A stretch of DNA of 63,333 bases, the filler included, from Diploschistes diacapsis (taxonomy: Eukaryota), in NCBI GenBank assembly GCA_023645945.1. It is 13 parts of 13 records of this genome, joined end to end, with 100 filler letters (N's around TTAATTAATTAA, not from the genome) between each part and the next. Parts side by side here need not be neighbours in the genome. Positions count along the whole stretch, not along the records: positions 27,517 to 49,803 come from JALAIB010000284.1; positions 49,904 to 51,497 come from JALAIB010002840.1; 11 more parts are not named here. The stretch is one strand, 5' to 3'. How positions within the stretch are numbered: the first letter of the stretch is position 1; the number at the start of each line of letters is the position of its first letter. Below the pieces are notes generated by a model. It did no database searches. It saw only the letters and a list, made by a program, of their open reading frames with translations, and was not told where the DNA came from. A program made the position numbers and the translations under genes. Shown here piece after piece: positions 38,426-51,497 of this stretch.

Positions 38426-39290
38426 TCACTTTAAGCCTTGCAGATGCCACTCCATCAAGTTCTGAAATACACCCTTTCCCCCAGTTTCAATGACATCTCC
38501 ATGGCACGGGATAATCCGATCAAAATCCCAGCTGTTAATCCTGCGCACGCTCTCACTGAAGGCCTTCCGATCTCCGCTCGATGCCCCATACCAAAGAAAC
38601 CGCCTCTGCCCCATTGCCGCGCCACGCGTGTGCATTAGGGAAGAGAAGATCTTGGTCATGATGCCCGAGGTCGCACCCTCGCCCGACTTGGAATACTGCT
38701 CCGTTGCCGGGAGGTTGAAGAGCAGGTCCGCCTCGATCAGGGTCCTGTCGGGCCTGTAGTTGACGACCAGCTCCCTGTTCTTGTGGGCGTGGACAAACTC
38801 GTAGTCGAAGTCCCTGTCAAAGTCCGGGTCGACGGCGAAAGTGTCCTTGTTCGCTTTGGTCCACACGTGGCTGAAGTCGATGCCCTTTGTTTCGGGGCTC
38901 TGCTCGCGCTTCTCCGGGAGGCCCTCGACGCCGAGGACACGTGCTGAGGGGAAAGCTTTGGACCATTCTGAGAGGAAGATGTGGTGTTCGACGTCCGTCG
39001 CGGCTATGTACTTGACGTTGCCGCCGAGGTTGTCCAGCGTCGATCGCACGGCGGAGGTCAGGGCTGTGGGTGAGAAGACGGCTAGAGCTCCATTGCTCAT
39101 TCGCACTGTGATTGTCAGCGATCGCTACTTGAAGAGTTCAGAGGGCCACACCTATGGTGCCTCGACCGCCAACCTTGAACACTCCGAACCGCGCAAAAGG
39201 AGCGGATACCGTGACGATGTTGGGTGTAACAGCTCGAATTACGCTTACTACTTCCGGGTGGGGAGGTATAAGCTTCTTGACGCCGCTCAT
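38426..39290 (-). CDS. DUF4336-type metallo-beta-lactamase-fold protein; join(complement 39290..39152,39105..38426), ~272 aa
   Basis: PFARFGVFKVGGRGTIVR..GALAVFSP; VKYIAATDVEHHIFL; HKNRELV...TLIEADLLFNLPATEQYS; WDFDRIIPCHGDVIE. One 46-nt intron. Confidence 0.88.
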
Positions 39291-40217
39291 CTTTGTCAGC
39301 TTTGTGATAGACAAGCGTAACGAACTAAGGAGATGATAATTCTTGATATAGGTATGCGGACACCTTATATGAGCAGCTTTGGAGTATTCAGGGGAATTGC
39401 CGAGCAAGAGTGTGTGGTTACAATCTCATTCTATAAAGAAAATGAAATATCTGAAAGCATCGTGTCCAAACTCCCAACAGGCTCGTTCAGCCGAGGTCAT
39501 TGTCGCCTCGGTTTGTTAGAAGCAGAGGGAAATACGGCCGTACGTACTACTTACGGAGTAGTTTCTCCGAAGTCAGTTCCCGCTGACTAAGCCGGAGAGA
39601 ACCGAAACCCAGCCGACAATCAACATTTACAGATCGAGTTCCGATCGCAGGCAAGCCACTCGATAGGACAGGGGCCCGTGTGGTTGTAGGATTTCGTTTT
39701 TACGACATGACATGAGAAGATGAGAAGGCACTACAGAACAAAGCACAGTCATGTGACTCATGTCGCAGTGAGCCACTGCACGGGAGAGGCGCAAGCCTAG
39801 TAATCCCCGGAGTCGTTGTGTTTCGTTTCCTTACAGCCAAAGGGACCATGTTCCAAGGTTGTACTATGGGCTTATTTTATTATGAGCAAGATAGTCCCCA
39901 TGAACATCGAAACGGTAATAATAATGGAGCGAAGCGCTCAATATCATGATGCTCATGACCTGAAAAAACACACAAAGCGGGAAAATGTTAATGCTTGGGT
40001 TATGACGTATCCATGGGACTCTCGCGCGCACTGTGCACCCCCAGTTTCCCAGCCCGTGGTTTGAAACCTCAGTCTGAATTCCTACTACTATAATCTCCGC
40101 CTTTTACCTTGTCCTTGTCCATGTCCATGTCCCTCTCCCTCTCATCCTCCCCTCTTCCCATGCGTCCTTGTCCCCCTCACCTTCTCGCCCCTCGACAAGT
40201 CTTCCCATTTTGCAGCC

Positions 40218-42279
40218 ATGAATTCCGAGGGAAGAGAGATGTCGGAGACTTCCTCTAACACGAGGGTCGAGGCTGCCGAAAACATTGACAACATCGAGCC
40301 TCGAGGGAACAATCAGAACGCTGCTCGAGACAGCGACACTAAGGACGGGAACCATCCGCGTGCTCGCTTCCAAGATCCCTTTAGCAACCAGCAAGTCGAA
40401 AATGTCGAGGCCGAAGCTGAAGCGAAGTCAGACCGCAGGATCCTGACTGAGGGGGACTGCACCGAAGAGCTGGGCTTTGGCTTTTCCGAGTCGAAGAAAT
40501 GGACCATCCTTTCCATCATCTTCTTGGTGCAGGTGTCGATGAATTTCAACACTTCACTCTACTCCAACGCTCTCGAAGGCATTTCGTCCACTTATGGCGT
40601 TAGCGAACAGGGCGCACGATGTAAGTAAAGTACCATTTGTCAATCTCATACAAGATCATTCGATGCTAACGCAGTCAGGCGGTGCCATGATATTCCTCGT
40701 CTTCTACGCTTTTGGATGCGAGCTGTGGGCCCCCTGGTCTGAAGAGCTAGGACGAAAGCCTGTCCTTCAGCTCTCGCTTTTCCTCGTCAACGTATGGCAG
40801 CTTCCGGTTGCACTTGCTCCCAACTTTGCCAGCATCATGATTGGCCGTGCTCTTGGTGGTCTCTCATCGGCCGGTGGTTCGGTGACCCTTGGAATGGTTG
40901 CAGATGTACGTTATGCTCCGTTATTTGCCTCTGTAATCACTTAAACGCCTATCCTATCATGTCGAACTTTAATCAAGCGCTTTCCGTCCCTTCAACCAAC
41001 CCCAACTCTTGTCTAGATGACTTGGTGTTTGTTTGATCGGCTTTTCACTAACATTCTACCCGTGCAGATGTGGCATGCAGATAATCAGCAATACGCCGTG
41101 GCGTTCGTCGTTTTTTCGTCGGTTGGGGGCTCCATTCTCGGTCCTGTTATCGGCGGTTTTGTGCAGCAGTACCTTGCGTGGCAGTGGAACATATGGATTC
41201 AGGTAAGCTTTTTTGTCAGTCTAGTTTTTTGTGGGGGCCTGGTAGTAACATTTGGTTTGCAGTTGATCTTCGGAGTTGCCGTCCAAGTGGCCCATTTCTT
41301 TCTAGTTCCCGAGACCCGCTCGACTATCATGATGAACAATATTGCCAAGCGTCGACGCAAGACCGGCGAGGATCCTACGATATACGGCCCCACCGAGGGC
41401 AAAAAGTTCGCCGACATGTTTTCCGCCAAAGAACTCGCCGAAACCTGGGTCCGACCCTTCCGAATGTTCCTTACCGAGCCCATCGTCCTCACCCTATCAC
41501 TTCTTTCTGGCTTCAGCGACGCTCTTGTCTTCATGTTCATCCAATCCTTCTCCCTCGTCTACAAGCAGTGGGACTTCAACGACTACGAAGTCGGTCTGGC
41601 CTTCATCGCTATCTTGGTTGGATACGTGATTGGTATGTCAAGCATCAACCCCATCAAGCAAGCATAGTGACTAATAACCGATACAGCATGGATCTCGTTC
41701 ATACCGATGATCAAACGCAACATCGCAGAAAGAGCAGCAAAACCAGACGATGAAAAGGCACAGTATGAGTCTCGTCTCTGGTGGCTCCTTTACACAGCAC
41801 CGTGCCTGCCGATCGGCCTTATCGGCTTCGCTTGGACCGTCCAAGGTCCCCCCATGCACTGGATCGGAAGCTCGGTGTTTGCTGCCATCATCGGGATCGC
41901 CAACTACAGCATATACATGGCCACGATCGACTACATGATTTGCGCGTACGGGCCCTACAGTGCATCGGCCACGGGCGGCAACGGCTGGGCACGCGACTTC
42001 TTGGCTGGTGTACTCACGATCCCAGCGACCCCCTTCTTCTCGAATATTGGATCGCGGCCGCTCGAGTACGCAAATACTATATTGTTTGCCATCGCTCTTG
42101 TCCTTGTCTCTGCCGTTTACGTCATTTACTTCAATGGTCCCAAGCTTAGGGCGAGATCGCCATTTGCCCAGCAGCTTGAGGAAGAGTCCAAAGGCAACGA
42201 CAAGCGCCGCAAATCGCGCATGGGGAGCAGGAATAACTCCGTCATGCCCGACGAAAAGGCACGGGAGAACTCTGTTTAG
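40218..42279 (+). CDS. MFS transporter, DHA1 (drug:H+ antiporter-1) type; join(40218..40620,40679..40905,41068..41202,41263..41632,41687..42279), ~575 aa
   Basis: KKWTIL, LWAPWSEELGRKP, PET, RPFRMFLTEPIV and DYMICAYGPYSASA motifs, with multiple TM segments; four GT-AG introns. Confidence 0.93.
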
Positions 42280-43089
42280 GTACGGAGAAGGGTTGTCATT
42301 GGGAGGAGGGAGAGAGCCCGGCGTTCGGATATACACCCTGGCATGGCGGCTATGTGGAATTTACAGAGACTTTTGTGCTGTCATATGCTGAGCGAGCTCT
42401 GGCGCTTGGAGCCGAATACTCGATGCCATGGCAGATTGTACACTTTAAGTCGCCATATACATTGATAAGAATGAAACAAGCAAAACTACATTATAGCCTC
42501 TACACACGTGCACCAATCATACCAATATCAGTTTGTAAGTTGTCGCGGATGCCCGCTCCTTTTCCAGTGACTACCTACCCTATCCAGGCTCTGCTAGCTC
42601 GATGCTTAACTCCAGGAATCTCATTGTCCCCGTTGTTGTTGTCTTTTTCTTTCCCCCGCCTGTGCATGCGCCCCCTTTGTGCCAACCTTTTGCCCAACTT
42701 TTGCCCATACTTCACCTGCACCTCTGCCAACAGTATTCGTCCGCGAACCAACCAGATGTTATATCTGCCATACCCTTCGTCATTGACGCCCGGACATTGC
42801 ATGCTGTCGAAGGCCCCCCTTGGGTGTTTTAACGAGCGCGATGGCCTCCTGCCAGCTGGTCGTAGGGATCCATAGGGAGCATTTCGCCAAAGTTGAGGAC
42901 CATCCCACAAGCTGCCAGACTCAGAAGGTAAGTCGCTCTTATTAAAGCTACCTGATTCTGGAAAATGCTCTTTCAACCATCAGTCTCGTCTCCTCCCTCA
43001 TAGATGCCTCGTTTTCCTAGCCTTGCTTCCCCCTTGCCATTGCAATTTTCGTGGCTTTTTAGGTGAATTTGCATCTCAAAGATCGAAAC

Positions 43090-45332
43090 ATGTCTTCGCC
43101 AGGCTATCTACACTCCGCTCAGCACGGTAGTACCATTCCTAATGCTGTTCCTCATGGGGCACAAAACGGCCTTTTTTCATCCGTTCAGGGTGGTGACGGC
43201 CAGAGATTTGTGAATCCCTTAGAATTGACCAATACCCAATCTATGAACCCCGCTTTATTCGCAAGCCATATTCAGGATCATCCACATGATAGTAGTGGTG
43301 TCCCTTTGGGGATGTCAAACATTTGGAACGAGGACCACCTATCAGAGACTTTGTCCCCAAACCACCAGAATCCTCAACAGCAAGCTCACTCGCAACTACG
43401 TTATCCTAACAGTGGTACCATCGGCTCAGCTGCAGATGCTGTACCTGCACCCAGCCTCATCGCGGGGTATCGTGGCAGCGTCCTTCCACAGACCGAATCA
43501 TCCGGGATGTTTGCGCCAGCGGTCAGTTCAACATCTCTAGACGATGGAGCTGCCTGGAACGGAGCATTCCCACCAATCCGACTCGAGTCTAATCTGCCAG
43601 CTTGGGCATTGCCTCTTGTTCGCATTGCATATGAAGCGCAACATCCGGCCACTGTCATCCTGCGGGAAGAGAGTCCAGTATTAAGCTTTGCAGATTATTA
43701 CAGCTTCCTTGCCGCACAGTCTCAAGCCTTGCACAAAGAGCCAACGCCTGCTCCTACGCCCCCACGCAGTGAACTTAATCTTTCAGAAGGATTGAGGGCA
43801 TGCCGTTCGATACGAGTACGAAGAGATCGAGGCGTGGAGCGAACCCTCCCCTCGACTCCCGGTAGCTACAGATGTACGCTCAGACCGGAATGCAGTAAAG
43901 CGTTCACGAAGAAAGGGGACTGGAAAAGACACGAGAAGACGCACTTCCCTCAAACGATATGGGCTTGTTCGAAACCCGAATGCGCCTCCAAACGATCAAG
44001 CGGAAGAGAATTTTGTAGGAAGTACAGGTTCATGAGGCACTACAACACGTTCCATGGGAACGGCTCTCAGATCACCAGCGTTGAAGCCGATCAATTCAGA
44101 CGTCAAGTTCACGATAGTGAATGGCCCCGGAACTGCCCATACTGCTCGCGGGATGGCTTTGGATCTTTTGACGAAAGACTAGAGCACATTGCGAGAGAAC
44201 ACTTCGAGAACGCGACGGTTTCTTCAAGCGATATCAACAGCGAAAATAACGACGACTACCAGGACGAAAATGGACCAGGCACAGGCCACTTTGACGGATC
44301 TCCCAATCCTGGGTTCGGGAACCCCAGCAGAAATGCGAGTAACCTTTCAAGTCAGAACTCAGGCGCGTCAGCCGGAAATTTCTCCTCGTCTTACTACTCT
44401 AGCTACAGCCTCAACTACTGGAGTTCAGAACCTTCTATCGTCGTGGAGAGGCCTCCAGCTGTTCTTTGCCAGGAGAACGGGGTTTCTGCTCAAGCTTTGG
44501 AAGTCGCTGCTGTGAACAATAGCCGCACTAAAAGGTCGCATATTGTCCTCCACTCTAGTCTTACCTCCGAAAAGCAGGGAGGATCGACTCCTGCTCGCGA
44601 AACCTCGGCTGATACAAAAGTCTCCAAGTTCATACTAGCCGGAAAGGCCCGAAGTTATGATGCTAAACAAACCAAGTCTACTAGCGATAGGAGGTCATTG
44701 GTACATGGGAAATTCCAACGCCAAAACTATGGAGAGCTTACACACAAATGTGAACCTGATAGTGTGAACTTAGTCGAAAAGGTCTCGCACTTTCATTGGG
44801 TGTTACAGAATTACTCTTTTCTGTGAGTATCATGGCATCTTATATGGGGGGATGTTAAGCTAACTTTTTACGAAGATGCTCCAGACGAGAGGTGAACTTC
44901 TCCAAGCACTTGTTTGATATAGCTAGCCGAACGCGTGCATCAAGATCCCGGACCAATTGGATACCGAAACTAGGTATCAGAAAATCATACCACACCACAG
45001 AATTTAACACGCAAAGACTCAATCTTCTACCACTAGGAAAGCTTCCTCTCCAGCGCATTAATTCGTGGTGGCCCCAGATCATGGATCCCTTGTATAGGAG
45101 CCTTCTTCCATGGGCTTTGTCCAGAACCAATGGGGACGGGCTCGACCGCTTCCTGGAGCAGCCTCCCATTGAAGAGCCATGGACCAAGACAATGCTCGAC
45201 GATCAGGAAGTGGCCGAACCGCATCCGTTTCTAGTTGGATACATGAGACTCATTGGTCTCGTGCTCTCTCCTACCGATGGCATGGACACCAGCGACTTTG
45301 CGGCAAAGTCTTGCTATCCTCTGATTATATAA
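43090..45332 (+). CDS. C2H2 zinc-finger protein (three degenerate fingers); join(43090..44822,44876..45332), ~729 aa; possible upstream exon 42841..42927
   Basis: YRCTLRPECSKAFTKKGDWKRHEKTH, WACSKPEC...FCRKYRFMRHYNTFH, CPYCSRDGFGSFDERLEHIAREHF. An intron GTGAGT..GCTAAC..AAG joins in frame to ORF 44892-45332. The last exon and the start are less certain. Confidence 0.75.
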
Positions 45333-46747
45333 CCACATCCAATCACCATCCTGGAAACATCTTGCCACGAAAGGCTTGTGCTTACTTTTTGATCTATCTG
45401 ATATCTTTACTACATATTCCGGACTATGAACAGATTCTATACGTAAGGGAATCATTGGCGGACTCATCCATGCTAGCCCATAATCTGAGCACTTGCTGTC
45501 AGCGACCTTTCAACAACACCAGCCAGCGCTGGCGCCTATGATCCACACACTTACTCCTTTTCATCCATACCAGTACGGAGCCGCGCCAACGGTCCCGCGC
45601 ATAAGTCTACATGGATTATGATGCTCCGGTTGTGTCAGCTCAAACGCATCAAAGCTCCATTTCTACCGCTTCAAGCTGAGCTTAGCAAGAGAGGCTGAAA
45701 GGCTCTATGCGATCTCTGTTCTTTAGGACGCTGGCTCTAGGGCGGAGCCGAGCCTCCAAGGCTATGATATTCGCGTCCACGCCGGCGAGGTCCAGCGAAT
45801 TGAGAATATCCATTGCGTGATGAAGTTTTGATAAAATGTTTCTGAATTGATGATCGGCGACTGGACGGGTATCATGTATTGTCTTACATCAGAGGGACGA
45901 ACGACCACCTATCGAGAATGTTCCTCCTTGATGTTCTATGAAGTGCAGCGCTAGTCGTATGCAGGAAAGACTCGAGAGTCGAATTCCAAGGGTGACCAAG
46001 TCCACTCAAGTAGAACTGCTTTCCCCTTGGTGGAACTGACGCCTACTACTACCTACGAGCGGGGATAGTTTTGACGACTACTTACGGGTATATGTATGGA
46101 CTTGGGCCCCTTCACGCCCGGAATGTCATGTTGGATACAATTATTTATTTATTTATTTATTTATTTTTATATCACGACTGTCTCCAGACGGCGCGGTCAG
46201 ACGAGCGAGGCTCAATTATCGTATTTTGATAGACATTTTTTCTGTCTCGAGGAACGGGCCTGAAGTAGGTCCAACCACGCACGCACCCCCACTTTACCTT
46301 GACTTCGCACTTGTAAAAGCTAGTATTGCATACGGGCTGGATTTTTTGCTTTTTGCACTGACTGACCGCCCCAGGGCCGAGAGCCGCAGGCCGGCAATCT
46401 TTTGCATTGTGGAGGTGAAGCCGACTCTGCATCAGTCAGCCGCTGCCGGCATGGGGCCTGGGCACTTTCATACCATCTCCGCTGGCTGCGGGGGTACTAC
46501 AGTAGGGCCCTGATGTTGGGCGTACGGGAAGGATATGTCCCGCAGATGAAACGTACTCCCGTGTCCGGTACAATAATAAATCCATCCAAGCAGCTCCTAG
46601 GTGGAAGTCATATACACGGGCCCCTCTTCGGAACCTAACGATCCCGCCCCCACCCCTCCCGCATTCCAAGCTTTCAGATCGCTGCATTTCACCACCACCA
46701 CCTCCCCCCCGCCGGGTATCATTACTCACGCGCCAACCACCGCCTCC

Positions 46748-47374
46748 ATCACGGCAGGCCACGTCCACAACGTCCGCGATCGTCGCCGTACGTCATCCCC
46801 AGCTCCCTCCCCCACCCCTCATCACCACAGCAAGCCAGCCACTGGCCCTCTCCCAGGCCACTGGCAACATTGGCAAGGCCCCTTCGCAACAGGCCAGCAC
46901 ACCGTCGCCGCCCTCACCCGCCCCCGACTGCACCGGCACCAAGATCGTCCAAGTCGACTGCAGCTCCCCTCCCGCCATCGCCGCCGCCCTAGCAGGGCTG
47001 TGAGCGGGTGCTCGCGGGACTGGCGGGACTGGAGGAATAGGCTGCTTTTCATGGCGAGTTTTAGTGAGTCAGCGCAATATGGTGGACAGTCTGCATCGGG
47101 ATGTGGGCACGAGGGATGGGGGCTGGGAGATCGCGTATGAGGAGTCCCGGGAGCAGTATACGGCTGGGTTGGAGGCGCTGGGGAAGGGGGAATAGGACGG
47201 GCTTTGCGAGGGCGATGTACACACGCGTCTTCTTTCCCGAATGGGGATGGCGATTTCGACGCGAGTAGGGGGCCTGGCGAATGGGGTGCTGGGCTTGTCG
47301 GAGGAGAGTTTGGACGATGCTACGAGGAGGGCGGTGGAGATGGTGGAGAGAGCGGTTGGAATCCGTTTGCGTAG
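46748..47374 (+). pseudogene. CipA-like NmrA/isoflavone-reductase-family oxidoreductase pseudogene
   Basis: Across frameshifts: NV-AIVA|intron 46788-46856|ATGNIGK...TGQHTVAALTRP...KIVQVD, then ASF-VSQRNMVDSLHR..GT.D..WEIAYEES.EQY..GLEALGKG-RTGFARAMYTRVFF-PNGDGDF..SR-GLAN..LGL.EESLDDATRRAVEMVE-SGWNPFA*. No start ATG; the middle of the domain is missing. Confidence 0.8.
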
Positions 47375-47960
47375 GTGATTCTCCTCTTGGGTTGGCTGCG
47401 TGAGGAGGTACGGACGTGTGCCGGTCATGGTGACGAATCACGATCGTTTGTGGCCCCATCCTTCATGGGCTTGCTTCATGGTCCCGTAACGGATTGCTTG
47501 ACGAGAGGCAGTGTTCGGCTGGAGTTAGCATCTGATAATATACGTATCAAAACTCAGGCAATGATTTCCATACCATACCTTTTGCCAAAGCGAAGTGAGT
47601 GTAAGCCCCGTGAACTCCTCCACAATATCCGAAGTGCTCTCATTTAATTCCTTACTTACCAGCACCTCATTCTCTATCCCCATAATTTTAGCCAATCAAC
47701 TTGGGAAGCAGTATAGATATCCCAAACCCTAATCTTATATCATCTCGTTAGCCGAGAGTAACCGCAGCCATCGCATGTGCTGACATGTGAATAGAGCAAA
47801 GAATTGCCATCATAGGTACGACTACACAACATATATAGACAGGAGTGCTCTCTAATCCCGCGCGCATGCGATTGCCTGAGAATCCGAATCCACAGCTCGT
47901 TATGCATCGTTATCGCTAACCTAGCAAAACATAAATCGTGCGCCAAGCGGGCTGACGAGG

Positions 47961-49803
47961 ATGGCCAATGTCGCCTTCATTGGCCGCCTCTTCTGGTGCG
48001 CTACCTGCTCCCTCCGCCGCAGTCACCCTCCAAACATAATAACAACATGCCAGGCGCGAGTACCTCGCCCTCGTCATCTCCTCCCTCCTCGTCATCCTCG
48101 AAGCCCTGATCCGCGTCATCACCCTCCTCCTCCCGCAAACCTTTATCCAATTCTGCTACAACCGCTCCAAGGAGCTCTTCCACTACTTCTCCCCACGAAA
48201 GCACCACCAGACGCGGCCCAAGAATCGCTCGACTCCCATTGCCGAAGCGTACGACTTTACCGACCTGTGCGCGCTGTACGGATACTATGCGGAAGAGCAC
48301 GTCGTGCAGACAAAGGACGGCTATCTGCTGGGCCTGCACAGGCTGGGGTGGAGACAGGGCGAGGAGGGCGCGAGGGTGAACGCGGGGGAGAATAGCGTGC
48401 GGAAGAAGGTTGTCTACCTGCACCATGGCTTGCTCATGAACAGCGAGGTGTGGGTGTGCATCACGGAGAAGGAGCGCTGCCTGCCGTTCCAGCTTGTCGA
48501 AAAGGGCTACGATGTCTGGGTAAGCCTGCAGAAAAGGCACCCCTTCAAAAACCACTCACGGGCTAACAGCAGGTTCGTAGCTCGGAAACAACCGCGGCAA
48601 CAAATACTCGAAAAAGTGCACCCGGCACGCCCCCAGCACGACCGAGTTCTGGGACTTTTCCATGGACGAATTCGCCTTCTACGACATCCCCAACAGCATC
48701 GACTACATCCTCGAAACCACGGACCAGAAGTCCCTCTCCTACGTCGGCTTCTCGCAGGGCACCGCGCAAGCCTTCGCCACGCTCTCCATCAACCCGACCC
48801 TCAACTACAAGGTCGACGTCTTCATCGGCCTCGCGCCCGCCATGGCGCCCTCGGGCGTCTCCAACGGCACCGTCGACGCCTTCGTCAAGACCTCGCCCCA
48901 GATCATCTTCCTCGTGTTCGGCCGGCGCTCCATCCTCAGCAGCGCCACCATGTGGCAGCAGCTGCTGTACCCGCCCATCTTCACCCGCCTCATCGACCGC
49001 TCCCTGACCTTCCTGTTCAACTGGACGGGCAAGAACATCTCCCCGCACCAGAAGCTCGCGGCCTACTCGCACCTGTACTCGTACACCTCGACCAAGAGCG
49101 TCGTGCACTGGTTCCAGATCATGCGCCGCCAGTCCTTCCAGATGTACGACGACGACGCGCCCGGCCTCAGCATCGGCGCGCCGGACCGCTACTACAAGGT
49201 CACCAAGTTCCCGACGCGCAACATCAAGACGCCCATCGCGCTCGTGTACGGCGGCCGCGACAGCCTGGTGGATATCGCCGCGATGCTGCGGGAGCTGCCG
49301 CGCCACACGGTCGCGCACGAGATCGCGCACTTCGAGCACCTGGATTTCCTGTGGGCGCACGAGGTGGACAAGCTGGTGTTTCCGCACGTGTTCGGCGCGC
49401 TGGAGCAGTATGCGGGCCGGGACCATGGCGCGACGCTGCAGTATCTGAACAGGAAGGATTCGCGGGTGGGCAACGGGGCCGGCATGGGCGCCGGTGGGAT
49501 TGGGGCAGACGGGGCGGGCAACGGTTACGGCAACGGCCCGGGCGGGCTCGGGCCAGCAGCATCTGCTTCCCCGGAAGACGCATGCTCGGAGCTCTCGACG
49601 GGCAACGAGTCGGACACGGGCCCGGGCCCGGGCGCAGCCACGAACACGCCCGTCTCGTCGCCGAGCGCGCGCCAGACGGAGCGCATCGGAGGCCCCAAGG
49701 CCAGACTCCGCAAACCCACGAGCCTCCCGCGCATCGGCAGCGCGTCCAACAACTACTGGCTGCCCAGCGCCTCGGGCCCCAAGGGCGCGGCGCTGTCGAG
49801 CAC
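47961..49803 (+). CDS. Sterol esterase/triglyceride lipase (Tgl1/Yeh, Abhydro_lipase); join(47961..47995,48054..48519,48581..>49803), 3' end truncated at contig end
   Basis: EEHVVQTKDGYLLGLHR, YLHHGLLMNSEVWV, GYDVWLGNNRGNKYS, catalytic GFSQG, DSLVD and HLDFLW; N-terminal TM helix. Confidence 0.93.
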
Positions 49804-49903
49804 NNNNNNNNNNNNNNNNNNNNNNNNNNNNNNNNNNNNNNNNNNNNTTAATTAATTAANNNNNNNNNNNNNNNNNNNNNNNNNNNNNNNNNNNNNNNNN
49901 NNN

Positions 49904-50138
49904 CTATGAACGATGGAGGGTGAGAGGCCTTTTATAGGCACATTTCACGCTAGTGTGATTAGTAATAATCTAATCTAGAATGTTCCTTATCCTTCTAAAT
50001 CATTCCATGCATTAGTAAGCCGAATATTCTAGAATATTCTAGAACCTTCTAGAACCTTCTAGAACCTTCCAACATATTCAAACATGCTAGAAGCTTAGTA
50101 AGCAATCTGACTAACCTATTTAGGTTAGTATTCCGACA
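49904..50138 (-). mobile_element. Partial LTR (TGTCGG... on minus) containing tandem TTCTAGAACC repeats
   Basis: Ends in CCGACA at 50133-50138; tandem (TTCTAGAACC/ATATTCTAGA) at ~50025-50070; less RIP-damaged than its flank. Confidence 0.5.
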
Positions 50139-50210
50139 TTAATCATTTATTAATTACGAGTTATTCATTTAATAAATCTTTTTTATTTACGAAAATAATA
50201 ATAAGATAAA

Positions 50211-50428
50211 TAGAACGCCCCTAGAGGAATAGGTGCTACACTACCGGGGGCTGAGCCTGATCCGGAAGGATTACGTGTAGCTGGGCATCTGTAGGCTGAA
50301 TAATTCAGATTCGAAAAGGTGAGGAAGAAACTATCTAGGTGGCAGGAGGGCACAAATAAATAATGGGTGCCAGCCCTACCGCCCTACGGGGTTCAACCCT
50401 TGAACCCACAAACGTTCAGGATGTTCCA
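50211..50428 (-). mobile_element. Solo LTR, family A (218 bp), 5-bp TSD ATAAA
   Basis: TAGAAC (RIP of TGGAAC)...GTTCCA inverted termini; ATAAA at 50206-50210 and 50429-50433; homologous to 61830-62044. Confidence 0.9.
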
Positions 50429-50433
50429 ATAAA

Positions 50434-51497
50434 CGACATTTTAATTAAGAAGCGTGTTGTTCCTATTTTGAAGAAAAAGAATCAATAATAATAATGCGAA
50501 TTCATACGCATATTCCTTAAAAGCGAAGAGATAGATTACGTTTTTAATAATTAGTTATTATCGTTTATTATAATTACTTTAAACGACTTCATGTTATTAT
50601 TTTTATCGGTTCAGGTTTAGTTTTAAATAAAATATCTAAATAATGAAAGAAAGATTAATCGAAAGTAAATTATTAAATTATGATCTACACGAAGGAAATC
50701 GATTAAGAACGTTTTCGTGATTTATAGATTACGAAAGTCAGATAAGATTCTTTAAAAGTAAAATATTAAGCGATAATTGAACCTAAACGCCGATAACTGA
50801 ACCTCGAGTTTATTAATTATAAACTTTAGAATAGCATTATTATTTAGAAAGCTTGGATGTATTTAATGAAATTTTCAAAAAAGCTGTCGTATAGGCGAAC
50901 CGAATACGCCCTAAAGGTTCTTTTTTAGTAATTATTTGTAACATTGTCGTTTAATTACGAAATTATTATCGACGTTATTAATACGTAGATCGATGGTGTT
51001 TTATCCGCCGATATAGACTTCGATAAATAATTTAATAAGCTAACCGATAAGCAAAAAAAGCTAATAAACGAGATTATAATATATTTTTTTCGTCACGATG
51101 GACCGTCTCGAACCTATTAGAGACGACCCGACGAAAGACGACGCCGCCATTTTAGCCCAATAAGAGGATATTTACTTTATAGGGACAATAATTATCGCGT
51201 AATATAGTGTAAGCTCGCCAAAAAGTTCAGGCAAATAATTATTATAGCAAAAGATAAGAAGTGAAAGAAAAAAAAAGAATCCCGAAACATCCGCGATAAG
51301 AAAGGTAAGAATAAGCGCGTTTATAATATAGAAGGTTTAAACGATAAAGGTTCAAAAAGTTTAAAATCTGAACCTAAACTTAAACCTTAATTAAAATATG
51401 ATAATAAATTTAATAATATAACTGAAAACGTTATTATTAAAAGTAAAATTATTTCTATTAAGTGGATCGGTAATACCGGCGCTTCATTATATATAAT
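50434..51497 (+). mobile_element. RIP-mutated Ty1/copia gag-protease fragment; second copy on minus strand at ~53291-54180
   Basis: Ends in KWIGNTGASLYI (RIP of WIGDTGASSHM, the copia protease motif); degenerate zinc knuckle near 51170-51220. GACGACCCGACGAAAGACGACGCCGCC has a reverse-complement homologue at ~54060-54095. Confidence 0.75.

Noticed and set aside
38426..49803. DUF4336 + MFS + C2H2 + NmrA-like + lipase as a secondary-metabolite or detoxification cluster
   Set aside because: No backbone enzyme (PKS, NRPS, terpene synthase) or tailoring set; the genes are common standalone families.
48304..49851. 515-aa ORF in the track
   Set aside because: Reads lipase exon 2, runs through intron 48520-48580 into the wrong frame and then into Ns; the real product is the spliced lipase.
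50211..50428. Hammerhead, twister or hairpin ribozyme in the LTR cores (retrozyme-like)
   Set aside because: No CUGANGA...GAAA hammerhead core in correct stem context, and no twister or hairpin consensus found by eye on either strand of LTR-A, LTR-B or the TRIM LTR. Kept only as an unclassified structure.
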